From: Kondoa subrosea
Lineage: Eukaryota
DNA length: 64,000 bases
Direction: 5' to 3'
Assembly (NCBI GenBank): GCA_039545335.1
Contig: BCIN01000002.1
Coordinates: forward strand, 1,129,118-1,193,117
Part shown: piece by piece, positions 27,645-40,718 of the stretch
Layout: each line of letters starts with the position of its first letter
Numbering within the stretch: the stretch's first letter is position 1
The notes under the pieces: model-generated
The model's database searches: none
What the model saw: the letters and a program-made list of their open reading frames with translations, nothing else
What the model was told of the DNA's origin: nothing
Translations under genes and position numbers: made by a program

Positions 27645-27941
27645 AGCTCTTCGCTATTCAATGATCAAGGATACCGCAAGGTTCTTGATATCTCAGGGCA
27701 GGAGATCCGCAATGATGTGCACTCCTATTTGGGCTTCTCTTTTGGCTCTGGTGCATGTCTTTCCTTTCTCGACCCATTCTTCCATCGACCGCCTGCACAA
27801 GCTGTACACGCTACCCGGATTGCAACATGCCGGACTGCTAGCATTGCCAATTCTGTTCTTTCTCGCCCAGGCGGTGTTCTTTCTTCACAAAGCTATGATT
27901 GATTCTTTTGGCTGTATACTTCTTTATCCTGCAAGAGTAAG

Positions 27942-29073
27942 ATGGTACTGAAAGCTACACGTCGCCAGAACTCTCTAACAACTCTTCCACTTGCGCTCCT
28001 GCTACGAATCTTTGCTTTGCTTTCTCCAACCGACTTGCGGCAGTGCTCAACCCTTTCCAGAAAGCTCACTGAACCAGCTCATGCTTGTCTTTACCAATTC
28101 GTCAATATCAAGTACTCTAATATCGAAAGAATGAGAAGCATGATGCTCTACTTTCGCAAACAGCATACCGAGAGGGCGATCTACGTTCATCGAATTAGGC
28201 TGAAGTATGATAGGAAGGTTTCAGACCTTACAGAGGAGGACAAACTCAATGTGTGCTATTTCGAGGAGCTAAATGATTGGAGCGCTGAACAGAATTTTGT
28301 AACAGCGAGATTGTATACTGGCGGAAATCTTTCGCTTATGCAAAAACGCCTTCGACTTGACTATAGCTTGCTCTCATACGACCGCCTTTTACATTCCTGG
28401 TCCAATACTATGGTTGGCCTTGCAAAGGCATAAAGCTTTGAGTGTGTTGGACATTGAGCATGGAAGCCTCGAATTGCTTAGAGCAGCAGTTAGTCCAGCG
28501 TAATTCAAGTGCTAGACTCTTTCTAAACAATTTTTAATCTGCTAGATGAAGCAAGTTCCTCAAGTTGTCGACCTATCTTGCACAGGTATTCGAGCTGAAT
28601 GCACACCGGTGGAATCATACCTTCATTCGGCTGCTCTCCTTCAACCAGCTCTTGTTTCACTCGATCTAATCCGATGCGACTTCTCTATCTCTTCTTTACT
28701 CTGGCTTTTCAAAATCTGTGCTGGTAGTCTTCTAGATCTGAAGATCGATCCCTTCAAAATGGATCGAATAGAACTGAGGGATGGCTTATCTCTCGTTGGA
28801 CCAAGATTACGTTCTTTAGTACTGGGAAGATGTTCTTCTTCTTCTCCCTCAAGTGGAGATCGAAAGACATTGGAAATGATTGCTATTCTCTGTCCGAGGT
28901 TGATGAAGTTGCAACTTCATGCTGGTTGGCAAATACCTGCATTGGCTCATGTACTTGGCGATTCTTTAGGCAGCGAAGTGGCTAGTCTAACACCTCTTGT
29001 TGGATCACCTGCTAATGCGGAAGGACTGGATATGGCTAGGAAAGCCAAAAGCAGGAAGGTGATGATCAAGTGA
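27942..29073 (+). CDS. F-box protein with LRR/RNI-like C-terminal region
   Basis: LTTLPLALLLRIFALL..DLRQCSTLSRKL..AHACLY F-box; repeated LxxLxL units (LVSLDL, LLDLKI, LRSLVL, LMKLQL). Confidence 0.72.
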
Positions 29074-29403
29074 GTTGACCAACTAAGATTGTTGAAAGAA
29101 GATGTCCGATCGGTTATCGCTGTAGGTTGAGAGAGCTTGCAGTCGAGACGGATAGTAGAACGGCACCTCAATCGCTGAGAGATTTGGCTCTCGTGTGTGC
29201 GGCAAGAAGATGTGCTTTGGCCATATTGAAACAGCAGGATGATCGGTTGATAACTATTTGGGCCCAAAAGGCGGATCTATTGCATTGAGAGCTAGTATAT
29301 ACCTGTGCATATCTGTAATTTGCACTACTGTAACAGTGCGATTAAATCAATTGCGAGTCGCGTTCTGACTGCAAACAGCGATCATTCTCGATTTCGGGAC
29401 AGC

Positions 29404-31254
29404 ATGAAGCGTAGTCGGAAGGGTAAGAGCCCTGCTGTTGATATGGATCGTCTTGGTCTGGAGCAAATGAGGTGCGTTGCAATGCAGAAAGCTTCCATGC
29501 GCATGTTGCTGAAACAGCCCGGTGCATGAACAGCATCGAGATCTTGCTGAATATCCTGGGAAATCTGACACCTCCTGAACTCGCTATCGTTTCTGTCTTG
29601 AGCTCGAAATGGAGCCGTCTTTCAAACGACAATCAGATATGGCGAAACCTCTTCTCCAAGCATTTCTCCCACATCGGTCTTCCTGTGCAGCAGACAGGGA
29701 CAGCTCATAATTGGAAATCGCTATTTCGCTTGCAGACGAATGTATGTCGATTCTAAGCCGGCATCCTGTTATCTTGACTGATGCTGTGCTTTGTCAGTGG
29801 ATGACGGGCAGTGTGTCTACCACCTCGGTAAGCACTTTCATCGTGAAACTGCACTAGTTAAACTGATCCTGGTGCGCAGTCCTTGAGGAATGCTGTTCTC
29901 GCCCCTCCGCCTCTCGATATGTCGCTTCACAGTTCACCCACAAAGATCAGATCGCCGAATAGTCGACAGCTCGCGCCGACAGAAGAAAGGCCGCAAAATA
30001 GGCCAGACACTCTCGTTTGCTTTTCTGGTCAATATTTCTTTGTCTGCTCAAAGAGGTCAAATACCGAATCGAAAGTTCCAGCAGTCAGCTTGTATATTAC
30101 AGAACTTGACGGTACCACCAAACTTCTAGGTCTGGTACGATCCAAAAGCGTGGAGCAATACTTCGAAGATAGGCCGCATTTGCTCAACAATCGATCGCTT
30201 ACAATTACCGAAATGAAGCTGGATGAAGCGAACAAGAGCAGCAGCCCTCGGTTGGCAATCTTCTGGTCACTTGGACAAACAGCTCTGCTCAGTGTCAATA
30301 TATCAAGCGATTTATCTTCTTTCAGCGTTACAGAAGACTATATTTCGCTTAATGATGGAAACACCACAAGTGATCCGGTCTGGTCGGCGAAATATCAGCA
30401 TCCTATTCTCTTCACATGTAGCAAGAATTTTGTGCTCAATTTCTATCACATCGCACAGGACAAGGCAGGCCGAACAATTGTTACTCTAATGCGAGCACCT
30501 CTTTCATCCGAAGTCTGTTGGCGACCCATGGTTCTGAGTCTTAATACTCTCACTTCTACGACCTTTCAAGCTTCCATAGCTTACGCGACACCTTTCTTCC
30601 CTTCTTCTTGGTCTGTAGCACTTCAATCTTTCCATATTAAATTACCATCATCTGAAGAAAGCAATCATTATATTGATATCAGCACTCAATCAGCGCTATG
30701 TATTCCACCTCCTCAATTCGCAAACTCGGCTCCTCTAGTTACTTCCATTCAATACGCACATCCATATATTGTTACTTCAAGGGATGACAATACTATCGAT
30801 CTGCATGAAGTCATTTCTGCTACCGACTCGGAACCTATGTCTATTGAATATCGAAGATCTTTGTTTGGTCACTTTGCGTCTGTCAAGACTCTGAGTGTGC
30901 AAGGGCAGAGGTGTGTAAGCGGAGGTAACGATGGAAATGTCAAAGTCTGGACATTAGGGCATCAGAGAAATGAAGAAGGCTCAAGAGGGAAAGTCAGAGA
31001 CTCTGTGGTTGATGTTCGGGAGCCGGAAGAAGAGGTCGCAGAAGAGGAAAGTGAGCAAGATAAAAATTTGCCAAACTGGCAAAAGGCGTTCTCAAGGAGG
31101 AAGAGGAAAGCTTGTGAATGGCTTGGTTTTGACAGCGAACGCGTCGTTATAGTGTCGCATGAAGAAGATCAGGAAGAGGTCAGTAATGAATTTGAAGTGC
31201 CTTGACGCATCTGACATTTTTCAGCAGGAAGTAAAGGTTTTGAGCTTTGCTTAG
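29404..31254 (+). CDS. F-box protein with beta-propeller/WD40 C-terminus
   Basis: SIEILLNILGNLTPPELAIVSVLSSKWSRLSNDNQIWRNLF..NWKSLFRL F-box; WD repeat LFGHFASVKTLSV..CVSGGNDGNVKVW; last exon QEVKVLSFA*. Confidence 0.82.
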
Positions 31255-31374
31255 GCGATGTTTTACCTCGTCAACCGTCAACTGGTGTTGTACAGCTGTT
31301 GAAATACATGTAAAAGCCTGTGCATATTGTACAAAGTGTTCACTCTCCTCCATGCAATGATATGCCACTAGATG

Positions 31375-33261
31375 CTATTCTTGTCTATAATTGTCGACAG
31401 AAATGTCCATCTGAACTTCGGAATTCATCAAGAAACTCGGTTCTATGGCAGATTCTGGGACCGCCTCTTGCTGCTCTTCTGCGCGAACGAGCTCGTCATC
31501 TTCGTCTTCCTCTTCATCGTCAACAGGATTAGCACCGAAATCGCAATAAGCTCTTCCACCACGACCTTTGCAGTTCTAGACAGATGGAATAGTCAGCAAG
31601 ATGAAAGACTACTTCGCTTGAGACACTCACTGATCGATCGCAGACTTTACAAGTACGTGGTGCTCTCTTCTTTTTGCCAAAATCACCTTCACTTTCGCCG
31701 TCGATCAGTGAAGCTTTTCTCTTCATTCCACCACTCAAATCACTACTTGGTCCAGCCATAGAAGTATGCATCATTGATTGAGATTGTTCGTCAGCATACT
31801 GTACTTGATCTTCTTCCAAAGCAATGTCACCCATCATACCATGATCCATACTTTCTTGCATCATCAAAGGAGTGAGAGGCTGAGTTCGAAGTTTGCCAGG
31901 TCCAGGTCGAGCTTGATGTTCTGGGTTGTTTTCATCGTATAGGGGACAAAATCGCCGACCTCCTTTTCCCTTGCAATCTGCTGACAAGCAAACTCCGCAC
32001 TTTCGGTTCTTGCGCTTGCGGTCGGCTTGAGCAGCAGTGTTATCTTTCGACTCGGACGCAGGACCTTTTGCTGGACCTTGTGCTGTGATGTCTTGTTGAT
32101 GCAGATTGAGATTGGGTCGCACGTAATCTGGCTTACTGTGAGCAAAACCCACTGATTAGACGGAAATAAAACTCACAAATAAGAGCAGGAGGAGCACTAG
32201 CTAAGAGGCGAGTGTCGATTGGACCATAGAGGATGGAAGGGCTTGGTTCACCAGATTCAGAGTAATTGGGAGGCAGGATGAAAAAAGGACCGGCTACGAT
32301 ACTGGACGGATCGCTGAACGTAGGCACTGCAGTGACTTGCAAAGCATTTTCAATGACTTGAAGAGCAGCATCAGCCGCAACGTAGTAAGGTGAAAACTGA
32401 TTCAATGAGTGCTCTGGAGATTCTGATTGCACAGCGGTACTGCCGAAGAGGAGATTGATCTGAAACAGCTGGTCATTTTGATCTATAGGGGTTTGTACAT
32501 GGAATGAAGGGCCAGGAGCTTGAGTTTGAATCTGATTTCGATTGTGTTGCTCAATTTCCTCGGCAAGTTGATCAGTGTGCTGAGCCACTAGTTCACTGGT
32601 CGTATCGCTGTAGGAGAAAAGGAGAAAATTAGTCTCGACACTATTCCTATGCCCAATGTACTGACTATAGTCGCAAATCAGCATCAGCTATAGGACAGCA
32701 CTGGAAAACAAAACACACCTTGTGCGCTTCCAGACTAGGATCGATATTGGAATTAGACACTGAAGCATAAAGATCTTGTTGTTGCTCAATAACGACATCG
32801 GCTTGCTGATGACCATCATCCCCAGAAATACTCATTTCGTTCTCTTCAGTCTTTGAGCGCTCTTCACGCTTTTGAGCTACAATATGGACTAGATCCAAGA
32901 CATGACTCGCTCCACTAGCCATAGTGACTGTCATATGGGTAGCCCTATCTGGTTGTTCTGTCGCTGGAACGCCGGTACTGCGAAGGACGCCTGTTCCGTT
33001 TACAATCAGATGGGCATTGCAATCGTTCGTCTGAAGCACTTGCTTCGTAAGGCAGTCTGTAATCTATCCACGCTAGTCGTACCGTCCCCATTCTTGGGCT
33101 TGCGTCCAGCTCCAGGTCGACTTCCGCCTTGACAGAGATTTCAGGTCGGAGGCAAAAGCGACTTGATTGAATTTGGGCTTACCAGCACTATTGAGACACC
33201 GTGAGCCTGTGAGCTAGCTTGCATATGCGTAGTGCAAGCACTCACTTGTGCCCTTCAGCAT
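31375..33261 (-). CDS. Hypothetical nucleic-acid-binding protein with an N-terminal GGSRPGAGRKPK motif and two C-terminal C4 zinc motifs
   Basis: Spliced exons join ORFs 32665..33039, 32133..32684 and 31529..32152. Motifs RKNRKCGVCLSADCKGKGGRRFC and RAPRTCKVCDRS|NCKGRGGRAYC, then an acidic tail. Confidence 0.7.
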
Positions 33262-33580
33262 TTTTACTGCCTATTCACACAGAAATTGCTTGATCAGCGC
33301 AAAAGCTGTCTCAATTGAGGAGGAGACGCACCCTCTGCACAGAGCAAGACGTGAGACGGTCAACACGCGTGGAGATAGCGGCATCTGAAATGACATACTG
33401 GGTCTTGTCATTTCAATCAAGTACTGTAAGAGCTTAAGGTGGTTGAGGAGAAGGGACTTAAGAGATGAAATGCATGAGATACTTGGATTACACAGTGTAC
33501 AAGGTCTTCTACTACTCTATCATGCGAAAGCCCAGAGTAATATCAAATACGTTGAGAATGGAAAGAAACCGGTTCTTCCG

Positions 33581-36109
33581 TTATGCTGAAGGTGTTGTTG
33601 GTGAAGGAGTAGAAGTCGAGCTGTCCTGTCTCCAGCCCCATGTTGGCTTCCTGTACGTAGCAAAGCGCAAAATTATCAGCAAGAAGCCAAAGAAAGCACT
33701 TCTGAACGTACGATAAGCCAAAGAAGGAAGTCGACCCAGATGAAACGGAAGGCGAAGTAACCCGAGGTGGTGTCGGGCCTGGAGATTGAGGACCATTGGA
33801 ATAGCCTGCTCCTTCTGAAGCTTTCCGATGCGACGCTTCTGCAAGCTAAGCCACATCTGAACATCGGACACGCTCGAACGAGGGCACACATTGACTTACC
33901 GCCAGCTTGCACTTCACAAGCTCGTCTTCCAGCTCCTCCTTCTCTAGCTTAGCCATGACGACTTGTTTCACTAAATCGCACTGTCTATGGCATGAGCGAT
34001 TTTTGTCAAGTTAAGTTGTCGAGACAAAACTCACATGCTCCTCATTGATTTGAGCCAAGCTACTCTCCAACTTCCGAACCTGAATACTCAATTGAGCGTT
34101 GACTTTCCTCAACCCATCCACTTCAGTAGCATGAGCCGTCTGTTCTCTCCTCATTGATTCCCATTCACCAGCAAATTGATCTAGTAGCATAGGTGTAATC
34201 TTGACCGCCAAAGCATCTTTAACGAATTCAGCTGCTTTGTAAGGTGTTTCGCTATCTTCCCCTGGAGCTGCTCGCCATGGTTCGAATAACCCATTCTTGA
34301 GGAAATCCAAAAGACCTTCAAATTCTAGTTCAAGGATCGCTGCTTCGTTTCGACGCAGAAGAGACACAGAGAACCGGAAGACGGCTTCTACCCCTTCGGC
34401 AAATACCAAATCCATTACTGACGCCACTAGTTCCAGGGGGAAACGATACCTGTGCGTTTGCTCGGACCATCAGCTATGTTACTAGCTAATATGCTCTAGC
34501 CACGCACCCGAAAAGCGTTAAGAACCACTGAGAGGCATACATACTGCTCTTGACTCCTTGTCGAAGCAAATGCATAAAAACAGCAGGGACCATTTCTTCC
34601 ACCAGTCGATCAAATTGGAAGAGCCGTAATTGTAGTCCAGGCATATTCGGTTCGTAGTGAGATCGAAGGTTGTAAGATTTCATCAACCGGACTAAAACGC
34701 AGAAAGCTTCTTCATCTGGCATCTGTTCGATTGAAATCCATCTATCAGGCTACGCTGATGAAGCAGGATTCAATACGAACATTGAGCAGTAATGGTCCAA
34801 CGACGAATTGCAAGCCTTGACAATAACCCACTTCCTCATCATAAAGACTATACGCTTTGACAACATTGAATAAATTCTCTTGACCTGTACCAGTTCCGGG
34901 AACACCACCTTCCTTGAAATATTCATGATGAGGGAAAGTTCGACTTAGATCGCGCATGATGGCTTTCTCATGAGGCGAAGCTTCTTTCAGTAGAGCGGAA
35001 TAGGTAGACTCGAGATCCAAGTCTTTCGAAGCCGACATTAGCTGCCACATCACTGTGCGCAAAGCAGCCGTATCAGTCAAGCGTATGACAGTATACTTCG
35101 CATACGCACTTCCTCTCAATGCTGGGGGTATGCCTCGCTGAATGGCTCGTGAAAGCTGCTTTGCTGTCAACAAACTGCAGCTTCAGCTCGGACTGAGCAT
35201 AAGCGACAATCCACTCACGTTTTTCTCTTGCTACAGCTTCATAATCGCTAATGACCGCAGACCAAAAATCCCAACTATATAACTTGATCAGCTAATCTTT
35301 CTATGCAAACATACAGCAACTCACTCGATCTCATCCGTTGCTCCTAATTCTTCTTGAATCCGATCAAAACCTTCTTTCAATTGAGCCAAACTCCTTCTTC
35401 TCGCATGTTTGCTCTCTTGCGCTTCTTCGTCTTTTGTAGCATCCAATCTTTGAATCAACAAATCGAAATTATCATTTCCACCTCCACCAGTACTAATACT
35501 AGACATTGAAGCTATAGTTCTTCTCTTGTAAGGTTTCAAACCTTGTGAAGAAGAACCTTCTGTTTGATCTTCCATTTCTTCATTATTGACTGATGAAGAA
35601 ACTGGTCCAGGTGAAGAAGGAGGAGGCATAGAATTACGCCATTGAGAAGGAGCTAAGGAAGGCGATCGATCATTGAAAGATTGAGTTTCGAAACCTTCGT
35701 TCAAAGGTGTCAAAGCTGGTGATTTAGATAAAGTACGAGATAATCGAGTCACAGAAGAAGTAGAAGTAGGTCTAGAAGTAGTGCTTGTTGGGGTTTCTTC
35801 TTCTAGAGCAATATCTTGTAAATCAGACGTTGTAGAGAATCGTTTGAGTTCATCTGATAAATCGCCAGCGCTGGTCAATGAGGATTGGCGAGAGATATCA
35901 AAATCTTCATTTGGTTCAGCCGAAGTAGAAGAATGCGTAGAAGAGCGACCAGATTCGAGCATCGAGCTTGATGAAGGGGTGAGCAAGGAAGCGCTGTCTT
36001 TAGCTTCCTCAAACACTTCTTCTGATTCAGATGCAGGGCTGGACTGAACACTGATCTCCTTGGCTGGTTCTGCAGCTGCCTCTGGCTTATGTTCTTCCTG
36101 ATCTGACAT
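33581..36109 (-). CDS. TBC-domain Rab GTPase-activating protein (Gyp5/EVI5-like) with C-terminal coiled coil
   Basis: GIPPALRG..WQLM, IMRDLSRTFP (Arg finger), LFNVVKAYSLYDEEVGYCQG (Gln finger), EEAFCVLVRLM, YASQWFLTLF. Confidence 0.93.
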
Positions 36110-36414
36110 GGTTTTATGTTAGCCTATTGTTGGAGTTTGTTGAATTGCGCGCCAGGAATGGCCTAGGTAAGTGATTGAGCAGTAGTGGTGCAGTCTCTCG
36201 GGATGTAGATTGTGGTGAATGAGTCAAAGGACGGGCCAGCCTCCTTTACGCGAGATGTCACAGTCTGGAACAAACTCTCGAGATTATATTTCCAAAACCG
36301 TAAGTCGATTCTTGCTCCAAAGCGGCAAGCTAGTCTTATTCTGTGTGTCCAGTATCACTACAAAAGCCCTATTATACAATGATCACCCGAGTCTGATCTA
36401 CTGCACCAATTGAG

Positions 36415-36850
36415 TGTGTGTCGCGCGCACCGAAAACAAGGAGCTTTGCCATTCAGAAACCTTGCTTGTCGTTGCACTGAAGTCGAAAGGAAGCAAGAGA
36501 AACTTAACAGATTAAAGCATGGACACATCTTTGCGACTTAACGTTCTTCCCGCTTGAAAAATATGAGTAGGCAAACATTCAATCTGAATGAAGAAGATTC
36601 AGATTAGCCCTTTGAGTGTCGGCAAAGCGCAACAAAAAAGAAGAGGAAGACAGTCCATGGTGCTGTGAGAGAGATATGAAACTAAAGAGTGACTTCTTAC
36701 TGCATGGCAAACAGACGTCACCAACCATTTAGAAGCAGGGAACAATGAAATACGCAGAATAAGAAGAGTCGTGCGAAAGACGGAGAGCCCAACCACCACG
36801 CAGAGGTCTTGTCGCGAGACGGGCTCAGGCATAGGCAAAGATAGATGGAG
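36415..36850. ncRNA. Candidate structured non-coding RNA (unclassified)
   Basis: Several inverted repeats in a gap with no convincing ORF: GAGCCC/GGGCTC, GTGAC/GTCAC, CATGGAC/GTCCATG enclosing AATCTGAAT/ATTCAGATT, and a long imperfect hairpin at 36425-36477. Confidence 0.3.
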
Positions 36851-37147
36851 AAGTCATGAATACTCTATAAGATGCTGCCCTGACGCACGCAACTGACCGG
36901 CGTGAGATCGCGACGACGAAAATTGTACACTAAGCCTATAGGAGCGCCTAAGCTATAGCAAAAATCTTGACATGTATACCGTATTTGCACAAAGTTGAAG
37001 AAATCGCGCAAGTACAGACAAAGGGGGAGTCAATCTTTGCTGAATCCCATAACAGCGGACTGAGCGAAGGCAGGAACACAAGCGCAGCCGCATAGTGTCA
37101 GTAGAACAGGGTTGGCTGTCTCTTCATTACCAACTGCGATATCCAAA

Positions 37148-40100
37148 ATGGACAGTCTCGAGTCCATTCGAGCTGCTCTGCCTCTGAGCTGTCCTCTGCC
37201 TAGAGGCATTGATGCTATACCCACAACCGACTTGAGCTTGGAGTACGATCTCGCTCGCAACCCTACAAATTTGTCTCGCTGGTTTTCGTACATCAAACAT
37301 ATCAAAGATGACCTGCTGAGCAAAGAATTGAACGAAAGAGCTCAAGCTACTTCAACCTCAACTGAAAAACAAGTCTTGGGCTCGAAATTATGCTCACCTT
37401 CTGCTCGAATTGGCTTTCAACGGTTATGTTCAGTTTACGAAAGAGCTTTAGCCAATTTCCCTACTAGCTACAAGCTGTGGAACTCGTACTTGACTTGGAG
37501 AAGAGAATACGTAACGGGAACAGTTGAGAAAGCGCAAAGGGTGAAATTGAACGCACCGAAACCTAGAGTTGATCTACCAGATAATGAGAAGCTGTATGCC
37601 CTCTTGAAGGCAGATAGAGATGGGACAGTCACTCTGGGCGAAAGAGATTGGGATGGCAATGTTGTAGATCCTAATTGGGAAGGCAGTCTGGACAGTCTTC
37701 TTGGCCGGGAGGAATGGCAGAGTCTAGCTGGAACTTACGAGCGAGCTCTTACGTGTATGCCAATGGTGAGTTTGCTCTCTCTCATTTCATGCATTTCATT
37801 CCTCACAAATGATTAGATGCCTCGATTCTGGATCTCTTACCTGTCCCTCTTCATACATCCTTCATGTCCTTCTTTCCTTTCTCATTCTCACGCTCGACGG
37901 ACATTCGATCGAGCACTCAAAACACTTCCAAAAACACTTCATCAACGAATATGGCGTCTTTACCTCAACTGGGCAGCTAATATCGGTTCTCATACTCTAG
38001 CAAGTGTATGGCGTCGTTATCTAGCTGTTGATCCTTACCCAACGGAATACTACGTTTCCCTTTTATTACCTACTTCATCAGAAGATGATGATGAAGAAAT
38101 CTTACCTGCTACAGCATTGGAAGCATCGAAATTGTTATTGAACTTATCAAGAAGAGCATTGAAAGGAAGATATAAATCGCCCGAACAGAAATCAAGTTTC
38201 CAATTACTTGTGGATTGGTTGGAAGTGGTCGAAAAACATTCTGAAGCTGTTGGAGTGGATTTAGATCAATCTGTTGCTGTTGTAGGAGAAAAAGCAATCC
38301 AGGAAGAAAAGGAGAAAGAGTTACCGAAAGAATTTGGTGGTCTAATACGAATGGGCGAAGTGACTGCTGATGAACCAGAAAAAGAAGAACCAAAAGATGT
38401 TTATGATGAAGATACTGATCCTGCCAGTAGTAAGAAGATTGACGTAGAAAAGATAGTAAGGAAAGATGGGTTGGAAGTGTATAAAGATCAAGCTGGTCGG
38501 TTGTGGACTGGCTTAGCTACCTACTGGATCAAAAAGGGAGAATTAGATCATGTGTGTTACAATTACCTTCTGTTGGGAGTTTTGCTGATAGGCTTTCTTG
38601 CAGGCACGAGCAATCTTTGAAGAAGGTCTTAAGCAAGTTTTAACCGTCCGCGATTTTAGTCAAGTCTTCGACGCCTATGCCGAATTCTCCGAATCCTACA
38701 TTTCAGGAATGATGGATCTTGTAGCCTCAGGCGACGCCGAGGCAGAAGAGGAAGCAGATCTTGACAACAAGATGGCTGATTTCGAAGCTTTAATGGATCG
38801 ACGACCTTTCCTTGTCAATGAAGTCTTACTCCGGCGAAATCCAAACGATGTACAAGAATGGGAGAAACGAGTCGTACTCTTTGGTACGGATGATGAGAAA
38901 ATTGACGATACTTATCAAATGGCAGCTGAAACTGTCAATCCTCGAAAAGCGACAATGAACTTTCATCACCTCTTCATCAACTGGGCTAAGTTCTTTGAGC
39001 AAGGAGGAGCTGCCATCAAAGAAGAAGATAAAGCCGAAAAAGATCTCGCTAGTGCCAGAAAAGTGTTCGAAAAAGCTGTCGTCATTCCATTCAAAAAGGT
39101 TGATGATTTGGCTGAAGTTTGGTGTGCTTGGGCTGAGATGGAAATTCGGAACGATTGTTTCGATGAAGCGATTGCTGTCATGGCGAGAGCTACTGCTGTC
39201 CCGAGAAAGGTCAATGTCAATTTCCATGACGAGGTGAGCAGTCACGCGAAACTACTCGATCAGGTCTGAGTAGTAGCCTCGCGTCTGCTTACAGAAACTC
39301 ACTTCACAAGCAAGACTGTTTAAAAGTCTCAAACTTTGGTCTTACCGCGCTGATTTGGAAGAGTCGCTCGGTACAGTTGAAAGTGCGAAAGCGGTGTATG
39401 ACAAAATGCTTGAGCTCAAGATTGCCAACGCACAAGTAAGTTCACACCTGACTTGATGTGCTGCCCAATCTGACCCTTATGGCAGATCATTGTCAATTAT
39501 GCTAATTTCCTGGAGGAGAACAATTACTGGGAAGACAGCTTCAAAGTCTATGAACGAGGACTTGAGCTATTTACCTATCCAATTCGATTCGAGCTGCTCA
39601 ATTCGTACCTGGCCAAGTTTGTGAAGCGATATGGGGGAGAGAAGATTGAACGCGCAAGAGATCTTTTCGAGGAGGCAGTAGCGAAGTGCCCGCCCAAGTT
39701 CGCAACGACGCTATACCTCATGTATGGCAAATTGGAAGAAGAGCATGGTCTGGCTAAACGCGCAATGAAGATTTACGATCGAGCGACAGAAGCAGTAGAC
39801 AAGAAAGATCAGTTCGAGGTATGCCTATCCTTTTCGAGTATTGAAAGGCAGTTAGCTGATTAGCTTAAGCAGGCTTTCGAAGTACTCATTGCGAAAACTG
39901 CGGAAAACTTTGGTCTACCAGCAACCCGAGCTATATATCAACGAGCTATCGAATCACTACCTGATCAGCAAACAGCAGAAATGTGCTTACGTTTCTCTTC
40001 ACTTGAAAGGAAATTGGGTGAAATTGATCGGGCAAGAGCGATTTATGCACATGGTTCCCAGTTCTGTGATCCAAGAGTGCGTGCGATAATGATCTAGTTC

Positions 40101-40547
40101 TTTCACGGTGCTAATGCATATCCTTTAACGTACAGGTCAATCCTGGCTATTGGCAAGCATGGCATTCTTTCGAATTAGACACAGGTTCAGAAGATACTTT
40201 CAGAGAGGTATGTCACGCGCGAAGAGAAAGAAGACTATTCTGATATGTAGCTCCAGTATCTACGTATTAAACGAGCTGTTCAAGCAAGGTTCAACACCGA
40301 ATCAGCATATATTCGATCAGCTGTTGCAAGACCTTCTGGACCTGTTGCAACTGATGACGCGCCAACGAACGGCTCATCGAATCCTATGGAAGCACTTGAT
40401 GCTGCTGCTACAAAACCTTCTTTCGTTCCAGCGACAAACAAGGACAAGTTGGCTGCTGTGACTGTAGAAAGCTCAGAACCGGTTGTTGCTGAAGGGAATC
40501 GAGAAGAGATCACGTTGGATGTAGATGATGATGATGATGATGAATAG
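37148..40547 (+). CDS. SYF1: Pre-mRNA splicing factor Syf1 (XAB2), HAT/TPR repeats
   Basis: EYDLARNP..WFSYI, YERALANFPTSYKLW, DQAGRLWTGLATYWI, LMDRRPFLVNEVLLRRNPNDVQEW, LFKSLKLWS, LERKLGEIDRARAIYAHGSQFCDPR. Confidence 0.96.
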
Positions 40548-40718
40548 GACGCACAAATGCTTGTAATATGCCGCGCCACATGTGCTCTTTACGCGAACGC
40601 CGAAAACGAAAAATTTGCAAAGGAAAGAGATTTTGTTGTCTACAAACCTTAACGCTAGGAATTTCGCAGTCACTATCCTGACTGCACTTTCCAAACAAAC
40701 TACAACAGACTACACAAC

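Noticed and set aside
36160..36175. ACTTACCT on the minus strand resembling the U1 snRNA 5' end
   Set aside because: No downstream U1 stem-loops or Sm site; it runs straight into the Rab-GAP start and is simply the complement of a donor-like GGTAAGT.
36783..36800. GTTGGGCTC resembling the vertebrate telomerase RNA P6.1 loop
   Set aside because: The stem is mismatched and no telomeric template was found nearby on either strand.
40524..40543. (GAT)n microsatellite
   Set aside because: It encodes the acidic poly-Asp tail of Syf1.
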